From a bacterium (GTDB lineage: Bacteria > Patescibacteriota > Gracilibacteria > Peribacterales > Peribacteraceae), in the NCBI GenBank assembly GCA_027592135.1, contig JAQCIJ010000002.1, positions 1-63,950 on the forward strand: 63,950 nucleotides of DNA, in the 5' to 3' direction. Of the stretch, positions 62,275-63,950 are shown piece by piece; positions within the stretch are counted from its first letter, which is position 1; the number at the start of each line of letters is the position of its first letter. The translations under genes and the position numbers were made by a program. The notes beneath the pieces are model-generated. The model was not told the origin of the DNA. It did not search any database and saw only the letters and a list, made by a program, of their open reading frames with translations.

Positions 62275-63950
62275 ATGACTACTAGAGGAGGCTTTGATAG
62301 GGCAAACGTAGAAAGGCGAATTGCTCGCCTAACAGAAGAAGGAATAGGACAGGAAGACATCCAAGCACTGCTCCATAATAAAGAAGGGCCAAATCTTCTT
62401 GATCGTATCGTAGAGATTACAGAGGAATACAAAGATGCCTATCGAATAGGTATCGAAAGTGCTGACACAGAAAAACTCGGTGCTGATGCAGAAGATGCTG
62501 CCGCTAAAGCACTTCATCTGCCCACAGTTGATGAACTGATTGATATTGCAGAACGCATAGAAAATTTTCGTCAGGAAATAGTGCAACGCCTGTATATTTC
62601 TACAGAAACACTACTGAATATGCAGAGCAATAAAGTTATAGAACGAATAGGAAACATAACTATAGTTGATGATGTGCATACCCCGCCGGATGATTGGCGA
62701 AGACCAGATGGAGATGGAAGCGGTACAGAGTGGAACACCGAATTCTCTGAGCGTCTTGCAGCACTGCGATACATTCTCTACAGACTGAATATTGATCCAA
62801 ATTCGCAGAAGGAAGTTGTGATGCAAATTGGAAGAGTGCATGATGAAATGATGCGGAGGGTAAGCTATGTGAGCGTCTTTATTCGCCCGCTCAATCTTCT
62901 AGTGGAGCTTTGCAACCAAATAGGAAACAAAACCTTTGTATGGCGTAGTGATACAGTAGATGATATCGGTAAATATGCCGATATGGGAAAAGACGAAAAG
63001 AAAGCACTGCTAGATGAACGAGACGACATTGGGTGGCAAGTAGTGATGTCGGAAGGGTGGATGGAAAGACTAGAGGCAATACTGACTCAAAAAGACGGTA
63101 CGGAGAGACTCGCAGCACCTAAACCAAACAACCCACCTCATGAGCCTCGAATTCTAAGAGATATGTGGGAAAAAGAAGTTACAATACTATCATTCACTGA
63201 ACGAGTAGCAGAACTCAAAAAATTTCGAGAGGACTATCCAAATAAGTGGCCCCGTGCAGGAGGAAAAACTAAAAAGGAGAAGAGTTTGAGGCAATGGCTT
63301 AACAGAATGCGTATAAAATTACGTGATAATAATGAGTTTGCAAAAGGAGAAGGAAGGGTGTTGCTGGATATGGGTGTGGAAGCAGCAGAGGAAACAATAT
63401 CATTCACTGAACGAGTAGCAGAACTTAAAGAGTTTCGAGTGCAAAATCCGGATAGGTGGCCCAATCAAAAGGCAAAAAATAAAGAGGAGAAGAGTTTGGG
63501 GCAATGGCTTAACAATAAGCGTATAAAATTACGTGATAATAAAGAGTTTGCAAAAGGAGAAGAAAAGGTGTTGCTGGATATGGGTGTGGAAGCAGCAGAG
63601 AAACACCTATCATTCGATGAACGTGTAACAGAACTTAAAGAGTTTCGAGTGCAAAATCCGGATAGGTGGCCCCATGCAGGAGGAAAAAATAAAGAGGAGA
63701 AGAGTTTGGGGCAATGGCTTAAGAATAAGCGTATAAAATTACGTGATAATAAAGAGTTTGCAAAAGGAAAAGGACAGGTGTTGCTGGATATGGATGTGGA
63801 AGCAGCAGAGAAAACAATATCATTCACTGAACGTGTAACAGAACTTAAAGAGTTTCTAGGAGAAAATCCAAATAAGTGGCCCAATCAAATGGCAAAAAAT
63901 AAAGAGGAGAAGAATTTGGGGCAATGGCTTAACAGTATGCGTATAAAATT
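62275..63950 (+). CDS. Partial ORF (runs off the window): unknown N-terminal region plus tandem helicase-associated (HA)-like 70-aa repeats
   Basis: Manual translation from ATG 62275 is open to the window end. The repeat unit is SFTERVAELKEFRVQNPDRWPNQKAKNKEEKSLGQWLNNKRIKLRDNKEFAKGEEKVLLDMGV, which matches the HA-domain pattern (W..f.eL..F......P.......LG.W...qR........L.....L...G). Confidence 0.7.
   Translation, partial: MTTRGGFDRANVERRIARLTEEGIGQEDIQALLHNKEGPNLLDRIVEITEEYKDAYRIGIESADTEKLGADAEDAAAKALHLPTVDELIDIAERIENFRQEIVQRLYISTETLLNMQSNKVIERIGNITIVDDVHTPPDDWRRPDGDGSGTEWNTEFSERLAALRYILYRLNIDPNSQKEVVMQIGRVHDEMMRRVSYVSVFIRPLNLLVELCNQIGNKTFVWRSDTVDDIGKYADMGKDEKKALLDERDDIGWQVVMSEGWMERLEAILTQKDGTERLAAPKPNNPPHEPRILRDMWEKEVTILSFTERVAELKKFREDYPNKWPRAGGKTKKEKSLRQWLNRMRIKLRDNNEFAKGEGRVLLDMGVEAAEETISFTERVAELKEFRVQNPDRWPNQKAKNKEEKSLGQWLNNKRIKLRDNKEFAKGEEKVLLDMGVEAAEKHLSFDERVTELKEFRVQNPDRWPHAGGKNKEEKSLGQWLKNKRIKLRDNKEFAKGKGQVLLDMDVEAAEKTISFTERVTELKEFLGENPNKWPNQMAKNKEEKNLGQWLNSMRIK
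63190..63950 (+). repeat. 210-bp tandem repeat, at least 3.6 copies, coding
   Basis: The units start at 63190, 63400, 63610 and 63820 (each tcattcRMtgaacgWgtaRcagaact...). By eye, roughly nine-tenths of positions are identical between neighbouring units. Confidence 0.95.

Noticed and set aside
63190-63950. Regular 210-bp repeats that might be taken for a CRISPR-like or satellite array
   Set aside because: The units are contiguous, with no unique spacers. They lie in one long open plus-strand frame and translate to a coherent 70-aa domain repeat. The minus-strand ORFs listed here (63234-63464, 63465-63884) are antisense shadows of that frame.
1-63950. tRNA, rRNA, tmRNA, RNase P or SRP RNA genes
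   Set aside because: I scanned the spacers longer than about 80 bp (7878-7986, 45008-45094, 45626-45772, 47230-47435, 48760-49278, 50659-50765) by eye. None showed cloverleaf-compatible arms or conserved RNA signature strings. A covariance-model scan would be needed for certainty.

Overview
This 63.9-kb window looks like one contiguous chromosomal segment from a small-genome, fermentative, uncultivated-type bacterium. The gene content resembles CPR/Patescibacteria-like lineages, but taxonomy cannot be proven from the sequence alone. The genetic code appears standard: many ORFs end in TGA, and an RF2 gene carries the classic UGA +1 frameshift site. I found no rRNA, tRNA or CRISPR array.

Reading left to right, the window contains:
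- a DUF559 endonuclease cassette bracketed by long repeats
- a truncated WbaP-like gene, a sugar nucleotidyltransferase, and a SecD with an embedded parvulin/chaperone module
- a folate block (folB-folK-folE, then folA-thyA on the opposite strand)
- CcdA plus a tandem-thioredoxin lipoprotein
- housekeeping genes (nth, a DnaQ-like exonuclease, def, gatB, efp, a sigma/anti-sigma pair, guaA)
- an envelope-glycan group (O-antigen-ligase family, UDP-GlcNAc 2-epimerase, TagA family, GT2)
- gpmA, a DsbA-like lipoprotein and trmD
- an energy module (two-subunit 2-oxoacid oxidoreductase, flavodoxin, ADP-forming acetyl-CoA synthetase)
- a complete V/A-type ATPase operon with an extra membrane-protein gene between subunits B and D
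- infC-rpmI-rplT, prfB, an ArfB-like gene and rpmB, plus a 56-aa histone-fold ORF that the ORF track missed
- a second glycan cluster (site-2 protease, DUF5989, SxtJ-like, carbamoyltransferase, SGNH hydrolase, methyltransferases, GT4 x2, exostosin-like, a large polytopic membrane protein)
- an open-ended ORF made of 210-bp tandem repeats that encode helicase-associated (HA)-like domains

The most unusual signal is genome-architectural. Blocks of about 3-5 tandem, slightly degenerate copies of a 7-9-nt unit sit at many of the gene junctions examined. They also sit in frame inside at least a dozen conserved genes. Several unit families recur at distant loci, and one encodes the same peptide, ITHHSS, in three unrelated proteins. 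All functional calls come from motif recognition in the supplied translations; no database search was run.
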